From an uncultured delta proteobacterium (lineage in GTDB: Bacteria > Desulfobacterota > Binatia > UBA9968): a stretch of DNA of 64,000 bases. Below are positions 56,569-64,000 of the stretch, in pieces. The position numbers and the translations under genes are program-made. Position 1 is the first letter of the stretch. Each line of letters opens with the position of its first letter. Under the pieces are notes generated by a model. That model saw only the letters and a list, made by a program, of their open reading frames with translations, searched no databases and was not told the DNA's origin. Location: contig CAWFJP010000004.1 in NCBI GenBank assembly GCA_963816145.1, positions 416,001 through 480,000 on the forward strand, read 5' to 3'.

Positions 56569-57660
56569 CTATGGTTTGATCAACGCCTTTACCGGATACA
56601 ATCCCGGAATCTCGCCGCCGACCGCACGGATACACTTTTCTGTTTCATCGAGCGGAAAGGTGTGGGTGACCATTTGCTGGACGGGGAATTTACTGGCTTG
56701 GACGGCGTTCATGGCGATCTCGGTGGCGTCGTTGTCGGTGGTGAAGGCGCCTTGGAAGCGGATTTGCCGGCGCACGATCAGGTTCACATTCAACGGCACG
56801 TCGACGCCGTCGCGGGTCAGACCGCCGACGACGAGGGTGCCGAGGGTGCGGACGCACTCGACCGATGTGCGGATCGCTTGGACGTTGCCGGAAACATCGA
56901 CGGCGACGTCGACCAGTTCGCCGTCGGTTTCGCTGCGAATCACTTCAAGGACATTTTCTTTTTCGACATTGATTATTCGGGTCGCGCCGAATTTTTTGGC
57001 GACTTCCAAGCGTTCGGCGTCGCGGTTCATGCCGGTGACGAAGATTTTGGCGGCGCCGGTGGTTTTCGCCGCGAACGTGCAAGCCAGCCCTTGTTGACCG
57101 GGCCCCTGAATCAGCACGCTATCGCCCATCTTGACGCCACCCTGGCGCACTGCCCATTGAAATCCGTTGGCCATCACCGCGCCAATAAGAACCGCGGCTT
57201 CCGGCGGCAGATCGTTACTGACTTTGGTGACTAGGATCTCCGGCACAAGATACAGATAGTCGGCAAAGCCGCCAAATAGATGGGGCGGGTTGGCGCAGGT
57301 GGTCTGACCGCCGTAACCAATGCGTGACTTGCAAAAACGCGCGGCGCCGCGCCGGCAGTGGCCGCAACGGCCGCAGCCCTTGGCGCCTTTCATGATGATC
57401 CGGTCGCCTTCTTTGATGCCGTGAATCGCCGCCGCTTCCTTGCCGAGTTTTTCGACCCGCCCCAAAATCTCATGGCCGAGAATGAGCGGATAAGGCAAGC
57501 CGTTTTTGCCGCCATGCAGATACTTGAAATCCGAACCGCAGACGCCGCCCATTTCGACTTTAACCAGACCGCCGTCAGGCGGAATTTCGGGAATAGGATA
57601 CTCCCTGATTTCCAGTTTGTCGGGTGCCAATAATGTCGCTCCGCGGCTGGTTGCTGCCAT
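56569..57660 (-). CDS. Zinc-dependent alcohol dehydrogenase (MDR family)
   Basis: GVCGSD, GHE, CGRCGHC..G...C structural Zn, GPGQQG. Confidence 0.9.
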   Translation of the reverse strand: MAATSRGATLLAPDKLEIREYPIPEIPPDGGLVKVEMGGVCGSDFKYLHGGKNGLPYPLILGHEILGRVEKLGKEAAAIHGIKEGDRIIMKGAKGCGRCGHCRRGAARFCKSRIGYGGQTTCANPPHLFGGFADYLYLVPEILVTKVSNDLPPEAAVLIGAVMANGFQWAVRQGGVKMGDSVLIQGPGQQGLACTFAAKTTGAAKIFVTGMNRDAERLEVAKKFGATRIINVEKENVLEVIRSETDGELVDVAVDVSGNVQAIRTSVECVRTLGTLVVGGLTRDGVDVPLNVNLIVRRQIRFQGAFTTDNDATEIAMNAVQASKFPVQQMVTHTFPLDETEKCIRAVGGEIPGLYPVKALIKP

Positions 57661-57955
57661 GGTTTACCTCCGACCTGTCGAGTAATAGTTACGGCAGCAG
57701 TTGTCCAAACGTCAAGTCAAAAAATGACGAATAGTGGCGCGCCTGTTGGAAAGAGAAATAAGATTTACACCCTGAAGAACACCGAGTTCGGAGTCCGGGC
57801 TTGTTCCCGGGCGCCTTTGCGTTTTGCGTGAGACTTCCCTTATCTTCGTTGGTACGATGCAATGTCGACTTGCTTGACAGGGGTAGAACTTTGCTTGTAG
57901 ACCATTTCACATACTGAGCATTTCCCAACCTGTCGGGGTGATGGAGGAAAATCTT

Positions 57956-58915
57956 ATGGCAGAGATCGTTATCGGTATTGGCACGTCGCATAGTCCGCAG
58001 TTGAGCATTCGCGCGAAGGACTGGGCGAAGTTGCTTGGGGACAAAGACAAAACCGATCCGCGGCTTGACTATCAAGCGTTATTACAGAAGGCCAAACCCG
58101 GCTTAGACAAGGAGTTGACCGAAGATAAGTTTCGCGAGCGGGACGAGGCTTGCCTGGCGGGAATTGAAGTCTTGGGCGATGCCCTCAAGGCGGCCAAGCC
58201 GGATGTCGTTGTGGTCTTCGGCGACGATCAGCAGGAACAGTTTCACGACGATAATATGCCGATGTTCGCGATCTATCACGGCAAGGGATTGCCCGTGGTG
58301 AAGCATAACAATTTGCGTCCAGCCGCATGGAAAGATGCTGAGGAAAAGGGCTGGGCCGAAACTGCGCCGGAGTATGAAGCGGCTTCGGATCTTGCCGATC
58401 ACTTGATTCGCGCCCTCACAGATGCCGAATTCGACATTACGCGCTGCAACAAGCTGCGCGCCGAGATCGGCGTCGGCCATGCGTTTAGTTTTCTCTATCG
58501 CCGCGTGCTGCCGGGAAGCAAGGTGCCGATGGTTCCGGTGATGGTCAACACTTACTATCCGCCCAACCAGCCGACGCCCAAGCGCTGTTACGCCTTCGGC
58601 CAGGCGGTGCGCAAAGCAATCGAGACTTGGGATAGCAACAAGCGCGTGGCGGTCTTGGCGTCGGGCGGATTGAGCCACGTGGTCATCGACGAAGAAATCG
58701 ACGCAATGGTGATCGACGGGCTGAAAAACAAGAAACCGGAAGTGCTGTTTCAGTTGCCGCGGAAGAAATTGCACGGCGGCACGTCGGAGATCTTGAACTG
58801 GGTGGCCCTCGCCGGCGCGATGGAAAATCGCGATCTGAAATATCTGGAATATGTCACGACCTATCGCTCGCCTGCCGCCACCGGCTGCGGCATGGGCTTC
58901 GCCTATTGGCAATAA
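57956..58915 (+). CDS. LigB-family (class III) extradiol ring-cleavage dioxygenase, gallate/3-O-methylgallate type
   Basis: GIGTSHSP, GDDQ.E.F, GHAF, NTYYPPNQP, ASGGLSH, GTSEILNW. Confidence 0.85.
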   Translation: MAEIVIGIGTSHSPQLSIRAKDWAKLLGDKDKTDPRLDYQALLQKAKPGLDKELTEDKFRERDEACLAGIEVLGDALKAAKPDVVVVFGDDQQEQFHDDNMPMFAIYHGKGLPVVKHNNLRPAAWKDAEEKGWAETAPEYEAASDLADHLIRALTDAEFDITRCNKLRAEIGVGHAFSFLYRRVLPGSKVPMVPVMVNTYYPPNQPTPKRCYAFGQAVRKAIETWDSNKRVAVLASGGLSHVVIDEEIDAMVIDGLKNKKPEVLFQLPRKKLHGGTSEILNWVALAGAMENRDLKYLEYVTTYRSPAATGCGMGFAYWQ

Positions 58916-59002
58916 TCGCTCAAGGTTCCAGGTTCAAAGTTCAAGGTTGATGCGGATTGAAGAATTATACTGGATGAACTGCACTTGGTGACTGGAGTTT
59001 TA

Positions 59003-59665
59003 ATGGCCCGTGAACCGATAATCGAGAGGTTGATGAAGCTCGACACCTGCGCGGTGTCGGATGCGCTGGACAGTTTGAACCTCAAAGGGGCGACCTGGGG
59101 TGTAAGGCCGCAGTGGCAGTGTCCGAAGATCGCCGGCCGGGCGGTGACGATGAAGATCAAGCCGGCCGGCTTGCAGCAGCCGACGCAGCACTTGGGCACC
59201 GCGCCGATTGAAGCGGCGCAGCCGGGCGATGTCATTGTCATCGATAATGGCGGCAAGTTGGAATTTTCCTGCTGGGGCGGTTTGCTGGCGCTCTCGGCCA
59301 AGCTCAAAGGCGTGAGCGGTGTGGTGATCGACGGCGCCTCGCGCGACATCGACGAAGCGCGCGAGGTGGAGTTCCCGGTTTATGCCCGCGGCGTGGTGCC
59401 GATGACGGCGCGCAATCGGGTGGTGCAGGAATCCTACAATCAAGAAATTCAGTTCGCCGGCGTGCAGTGTCGTCCAGGCGATTTGGTCCTCGCCGATGGC
59501 AGCGGCATCATCATTATTCCCAAGGAGAAAGAGGAAGAGGTGGTTAGCGCCGCCGAGGGGATTTACGCCAAGGAACAAGAAATGGCGGCCGGCATACGTA
59601 AGGGCTATTCCGGTTTGGAAATGTTGGAGAAGCTCGGTTACGAGCAGATGCTCAACAAGAAGTAA
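59003..59665 (+). CDS. RraA/HMG-CHA aldolase (LigK/GalC-like) family
   Basis: VSDALD, GRAVT, PGDVIVID, WGGLL, DGASRD, PGDLVLADGSG. Confidence 0.88.
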   Translation: MAREPIIERLMKLDTCAVSDALDSLNLKGATWGVRPQWQCPKIAGRAVTMKIKPAGLQQPTQHLGTAPIEAAQPGDVIVIDNGGKLEFSCWGGLLALSAKLKGVSGVVIDGASRDIDEAREVEFPVYARGVVPMTARNRVVQESYNQEIQFAGVQCRPGDLVLADGSGIIIIPKEKEEEVVSAAEGIYAKEQEMAAGIRKGYSGLEMLEKLGYEQMLNKK

Positions 59666-59761
59666 GCGCGAAAATTTAATAAATGGAATTTGATACGGCT
59701 CGAAGATGCAGGATCGAAGATTGAAGATTGACATAATTCACGCACGTTGTGACGATCGAAT

Positions 59762-60949
59762 ATGTTGACCCATGAAGAAAATACCCTGTTGACGCAAGTT
59801 GGCCGGGGCACGCCCGGTGGTGAATTGTTGCGGCGCTATTGGCACCCAGTGGCGGCAGCCGCTGAGTTGACCGATGAAAGGCCGATTCGCGCCGTCAAGA
59901 TTCTCGGCGAGGAGTTGGTGGTTTACCGTGACAAGAAGGGTAACTACGGTTTGGTCGGCGAACATTGCCCGCATCGTTTGGCTTCGCTCGCCTACGGCCG
60001 GGTCGATGGAGCCGGCATTCGCTGCCCTTATCATGGCTGGAAGTTCGACGGCGCAGGCAATTGTCTTGAGCAACCGGCGGAACCTGCCGACAGCACTTTC
60101 AAAGATCGCATCAAGCATGTCGCCTATCCGGTCCAATATTTGGGCGGCTTGATTTACGCCTACCTCGGTCCCGCCCCCGCGCCTCTGCTGCCGCGTTGGG
60201 ACGTTTTGGTTTGGGAACATGGCCGGCGCTGGATCGTCAAAGAGTCGGTGATCGAATGCAATTGGCTCCAGCCGATGGAGAATTCCGTCGACCCGTCGCA
60301 TTTGTTCTGGCTCCACGGCGATACGGCGCACCTGGCGCCGCGAGTAAAAAAATATTCCGAACGGCACGAGTTCATCCGATTCGAATATGGAATCAAGAAG
60401 CGCCGCACGACGTTAGCGCTCGCCACCGGCAGCAAGCCGGAAGTCGACGAGCATCCGTTGTTATTTCCCTCGGTGCTGCGCCATGTCGCGCCCGCCGACG
60501 AGGGCAAGTCCGTGCGGCACAATTTGCAGATTCGCGTGCCGGTCGACGACCATCATACGCAAGTATTTCGTGTTAACTTTGTCCCGTCGGAAAGCGAGCG
60601 CTCGCCGGCCGAGGCGCCGGTACCGTTTCGATTCACGCCGCTCAAAACCGCGCCGCGCGAGTACCGCATGGACATGGTATCGGCGCAGGATTCGATGGCG
60701 TGGGAAACACAGGGTCCGCTAACCGACCGTGCGACCGAGCATTTGGGCGTCGGTGATGAGGGGATTATCGAGTTCCGTAAACTCCTCAAAGAGCAGATCG
60801 AACGGGTTCAGCAGGGGTTCGATCCGATCGGCGTGATCCGCGACCCGGCGAAAAACCAGGTAATCGATCTTGGCGTGATCAATGAACGCATCGGGCTCCA
60901 CCCTCTATCATCCACTCAAGCCCCGCCCCCGCAAGTGGCATCCGAATAA
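59762..60949 (+). CDS. Rieske non-heme iron oxygenase alpha subunit
   Basis: MLTHEEN..LTQVG.GTPGGELLRRYW; CPHR..CPYHGW; ENSVDPSHLFWLH; QDSMAWETQG. Confidence 0.92.
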   Translation: MLTHEENTLLTQVGRGTPGGELLRRYWHPVAAAAELTDERPIRAVKILGEELVVYRDKKGNYGLVGEHCPHRLASLAYGRVDGAGIRCPYHGWKFDGAGNCLEQPAEPADSTFKDRIKHVAYPVQYLGGLIYAYLGPAPAPLLPRWDVLVWEHGRRWIVKESVIECNWLQPMENSVDPSHLFWLHGDTAHLAPRVKKYSERHEFIRFEYGIKKRRTTLALATGSKPEVDEHPLLFPSVLRHVAPADEGKSVRHNLQIRVPVDDHHTQVFRVNFVPSESERSPAEAPVPFRFTPLKTAPREYRMDMVSAQDSMAWETQGPLTDRATEHLGVGDEGIIEFRKLLKEQIERVQQGFDPIGVIRDPAKNQVIDLGVINERIGLHPLSSTQAPPPQVASE

Positions 60950-61297
60950 CATCTCGGATTCGCTCAATCTCTTCTGCCAGCATACCCCAGTTTGGTCGCT
61001 TACCCACGTTAGTTTTATTCATCTCTTAGGTTAGATGGGCGCCCTCCACGCCGCCCAATCGTTAACACCTAAAAATTCCATACTTAATCTAACATATTGA
61101 TTTTGCAGGATTATTTTAAAAATAGTCTTGCGCAGTGGGGGGCTTGTTGGTTAATATTCGGTCCTATGTTGGGACGGCGGACGCAGTGTGTGACATGGGC
61201 TACAGCAAGACTTGCGCTGGTGGTGTTAAAGATCGACGAAGACGCGGGAATCAAAGCCGGCAAAAACAATATCGCATCGTAGCACAGGAGTAAGGTC

Positions 61298-62464
61298 ATG
61301 CTAACGAGAGAAGAAAACGAATCGTTGACTCGGGTGGGACCGGGGACTCCGGCTGGAGAGTTGTTGCGGCGTTATTGGCTGCCCGTGGGCGTGGCTAGCG
61401 AGCTGACTGCTGAGAACCCAACCCAGGTGGTGCGTATACTAGGCGAGACCTTGGTATTGTTTCGCGATAAGAGCGGCAACGTCGGTTTGCTCGAAGAGCG
61501 TTGTCCCCATCGCGGTGTGTCGCTGTCCTATGGCCGTGTAGAAGCGCGCGGCATCGCGTGTGCCTATCATGGATGGCTTTTCAACACTAAGGGTAATTGT
61601 CTGGAAACCCCGGCTGAGCCGTGCGGAAGCAAATTCCATCTCACCGTCAAACAACGATCCTATCCGGTGCAAAAACTCGTCGGCCTCTACTGGGCTTATC
61701 TCGGCCCACTGCCGGCGCCGCTGATCGCCAACTTCGACGTATGGTTCAGAAAGGATGGCCGCCGGAAGATATTCATCCAGCCGCAACTCGACGCCAACTG
61801 GTTTCAGCCCATGGAAAATTCCATGGATCCGGCGCATTTGCAGATTCTTCACCAGGAAACCGCGGGGCGCGGCCGCGAAATCAAAGACAGCACTCGCGGG
61901 CTCACCGACGACGTGGCGGAATTCGACTTTTATGAGGTTCCTTACGGCTTGATGAAGCGGCGCACCTATAAAAACGGCATGATCGACGAACATCCGGTCA
62001 TCTTTCCCAACATTTTGCGCCAGGGTAACGTCGGCCAGATCCGCGTGCCGATTGACGATACCCATACCAAAATTTATTTCGTGCGTTTTTATCCCAGCGA
62101 GAACGGCGAGATTGTCGAGGACGACGAGCCGCCGGTGGAATACATCAAGTCTTACAAGAATCCTCCCGACGCCATGCATCCCTTCACCCGATTCCGCATG
62201 GACGCGGTACAGGCGCAGGATCACATGGCGTGGGAAACCCAGGGGCCGATTTACGATCGCACCAACGAGCGGCTCACCACTTCAGACCGCGGCGTGATCC
62301 TGCTGCGCGCGGTGATGTTTCGCGAAATGAAAAAAGTAAAGCAAGGTCTAGATCCGATGGGGGTGGTGCGTGACCCGGCGAACAATCCGTTCATCGATAC
62401 TCACTTGCTGGAATCGATAAGACTGGGCGACTACGACCGCTCACCGCTCGCAGTTAACCAATAG
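61298..62464 (+). CDS. Rieske non-heme iron oxygenase alpha subunit
   Basis: MLTREEN..LTRVGPGTPAGELLRRYW; CPHRG..CAYHGW; ENSMDPAHLQILH; QDHMAWETQG. Confidence 0.92.
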   Translation: MLTREENESLTRVGPGTPAGELLRRYWLPVGVASELTAENPTQVVRILGETLVLFRDKSGNVGLLEERCPHRGVSLSYGRVEARGIACAYHGWLFNTKGNCLETPAEPCGSKFHLTVKQRSYPVQKLVGLYWAYLGPLPAPLIANFDVWFRKDGRRKIFIQPQLDANWFQPMENSMDPAHLQILHQETAGRGREIKDSTRGLTDDVAEFDFYEVPYGLMKRRTYKNGMIDEHPVIFPNILRQGNVGQIRVPIDDTHTKIYFVRFYPSENGEIVEDDEPPVEYIKSYKNPPDAMHPFTRFRMDAVQAQDHMAWETQGPIYDRTNERLTTSDRGVILLRAVMFREMKKVKQGLDPMGVVRDPANNPFIDTHLLESIRLGDYDRSPLAVNQ

Positions 62465-62481
62465 CAGCGGGCTTCGCCCGG

Positions 62482-62520
62482 CGCGCCCCTCTGTTGCCTC
62501 CGGAGGGGCGCGTTTTCTTT
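62482..62520 (+). terminator. Rho-independent terminator
   Basis: CGCGCCCCTC/GAGGGGCGCG stem followed by TTTTCTTT. Confidence 0.8.
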
Positions 62521-62643
62521 CTGCCTTTAACTCACTTCTACCCGGTCTAGATCATCTATTCGCTTGCCTTAGTCGGTGCGCGAGAATATGATTCTGGCGC
62601 TTTCCCGATAATTCATTGCCGAACATCGAGTGAGGAAATTCAT

Positions 62644-63378
62644 ATGGCCGACCTATCGAAACTTCGCGAGCTGGTGGCGCAATCCTGCCGGATGCTGGGA
62701 AAACTTAACTTAACCAAGGAACCGAGCGGCCATGTCAGCGCACGGGTGCCCGGCGAAGACAAAGTGCTGATTAAAGCGCGCGGGCCCGAAGAATCGGGAC
62801 TGCGCTTTGTCAGACCGCGCGATATCATCAGCGTCGATTTCAACGGCAAGAAAGTCGCGGGTGACGACGGCCTCGACGTGCCCCAGGAAGTTTTCATTCA
62901 CACCTGGCTTTACAAGACTCGCCCCGATGTCGAATGCGTCGTTCATGTGCATCCGCTGACTGTCGTGTTATTTACCATCTGCGATAAACCGATTCAGCCG
63001 ATTTACGGCGCGTATGATCCCTCGGGTTTGCGTTTGATCGTCGAAGGTTTGGCGACCTATCCGCGCAGTATTACGGTTTCCAACGAGAAGCTTGGTGAAG
63101 AGTTCGCCAAGGCGATGGGTGACAAACCGGCTTGCCTCATGCGCGGCCACGGTATTACCAGCGCCGGTCCCAACGTGCAGGAGGCGACGTTGACAGCGAT
63201 CAAGTTAAACGACGCGGCGACGGTCAACTATCAGGCTAGTCTGCTCGGCACGCCACGGCCGATTCCCCAGGAAGACATCGACATCATGGTCGGAAAATCG
63301 CGCGGCGCCGGTAACAAATCCGTGCATGCCAACTCCAACTGGCGCTACTACTGCAAGTTGCTGGACGAGGAGTTTTAG
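62644..63378 (+). CDS. Class II aldolase/adducin family protein
   Basis: SGHVSAR, EVFIH, VVHVH, LMRGHG. Confidence 0.9.
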   Translation: MADLSKLRELVAQSCRMLGKLNLTKEPSGHVSARVPGEDKVLIKARGPEESGLRFVRPRDIISVDFNGKKVAGDDGLDVPQEVFIHTWLYKTRPDVECVVHVHPLTVVLFTICDKPIQPIYGAYDPSGLRLIVEGLATYPRSITVSNEKLGEEFAKAMGDKPACLMRGHGITSAGPNVQEATLTAIKLNDAATVNYQASLLGTPRPIPQEDIDIMVGKSRGAGNKSVHANSNWRYYCKLLDEEF

Positions 63379-63477
63379 ATCCGGTCGTTCAATACGTTCA
63401 AATAGTTCAAGCCGTTCAAATCGTTTTGGATCGCCTAATGTCGATTCTTGCGCTTCATTAGTTTTGCATTTTCGCAG

Positions 63478-64000
63478 ATGAGCGCTCTTGTCCTTGAGTT
63501 TCGCGATGTGGTCAAACGCTTCGGCGCGGTCAATGCCGTCGACGGCGTGAGTTTTACCATCGAACGGGGCGAGATTTTCACACTGCTTGGGCCGTCGGGC
63601 TGTGGCAAGACGACCACGTTGCGATTGGTTGCTGGACTAGAAGAGCCCGACAATGGTGAAATCTTCATCTCCGGCAAGCCGGTCGCGGTCGCCGCGCGTG
63701 GAATCTTTTTACCACCGGAAAAGCGCCAATTGGGCATGGTGTTTCAGTCCTATGCGATCTGGCCGCATCTGTCGGTTTTCGAGAATGTGGCGTTTCCCCT
63801 GCGCGTGCGACGGGAGTCGAATCAAACCGTCCGCCAGCGGGTCGCGCATGCGCTTGAAATCGTCGGTCTAGGCGGTTTCGCCGAGCGCGGTGCGACTCAG
63901 CTCTCCGGCGGCCAGCAGCAGCGAGTTGCGCTAGCGCGGGCGCTGGTCTACGAGCCGGAGATTCTTTTGCTCGACGAGCCGCTGTCCAATCTTGACGCCA
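63478..64000 (+). CDS. ABC transporter ATP-binding protein (PotA/FbpC-like), runs off the window
   Basis: GPSGCGKTT, GMVFQSYAIWPH, LSGGQQQRVALARAL, LLDEPLSNLDA; not in ORF track (no stop in window). Confidence 0.92.
   Translation, partial: MSALVLEFRDVVKRFGAVNAVDGVSFTIERGEIFTLLGPSGCGKTTTLRLVAGLEEPDNGEIFISGKPVAVAARGIFLPPEKRQLGMVFQSYAIWPHLSVFENVAFPLRVRRESNQTVRQRVAHALEIVGLGGFAERGATQLSGGQQQRVALARALVYEPEILLLDEPLSNLDA

Overview
A 64-kb GC-rich bacterial window. The gene content suggests Candidatus Binatia (Binatota) or a similar uncultured soil Deltaproteobacteria-like lineage, by inference from the many phthalate-dioxygenase-type Rieske oxygenases, orphan solute-binding proteins, stand-alone A-T NRPS-like proteins and dense REP-like repeats. 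The main hidden signal is two selenoprotein genes that the ORF track truncates or misses, each with an in-frame UGA followed 11 nt later by a perfect hairpin (bacterial SECIS). One is a GrdB-like reductase subunit (14353-15651) whose canonical UxxCxxC motif has become U-G-T-G-T-R-S. It follows a GrdE-like gene that lacks the cysteines of the pyruvoyl-processing segment and a solute-binding protein, with no grdA/C/D in the window. The other is an 86-aa CxxU AhpD/CMD-like protein (22916-23176) behind a His-rich methyltransferase. Also present: paaF/paaG-like hydratases with a TetR regulator, a frameshifted peroxiredoxin, a sigma-54 two-component system with a readable -24/-12 promoter, nfo, and tRNA-Val(CAC). 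An accessory island (~23.2-30.4 kb) carries candidate defence genes (NucS-like nuclease fusion, HhH/aGPT-Pplase-like protein, DUF5343+HEPN pair, DUF433 with a truncated PIN toxin). A Rieske/carrier-protein chimera with a 225-bp direct repeat brackets one NRPS-like gene, and a ~22-kb aromatic/2-oxoacid catabolic region fills 42-64 kb. Several local frameshifts may be sequencing errors. All family assignments come from motif recognition by eye, not database searches.
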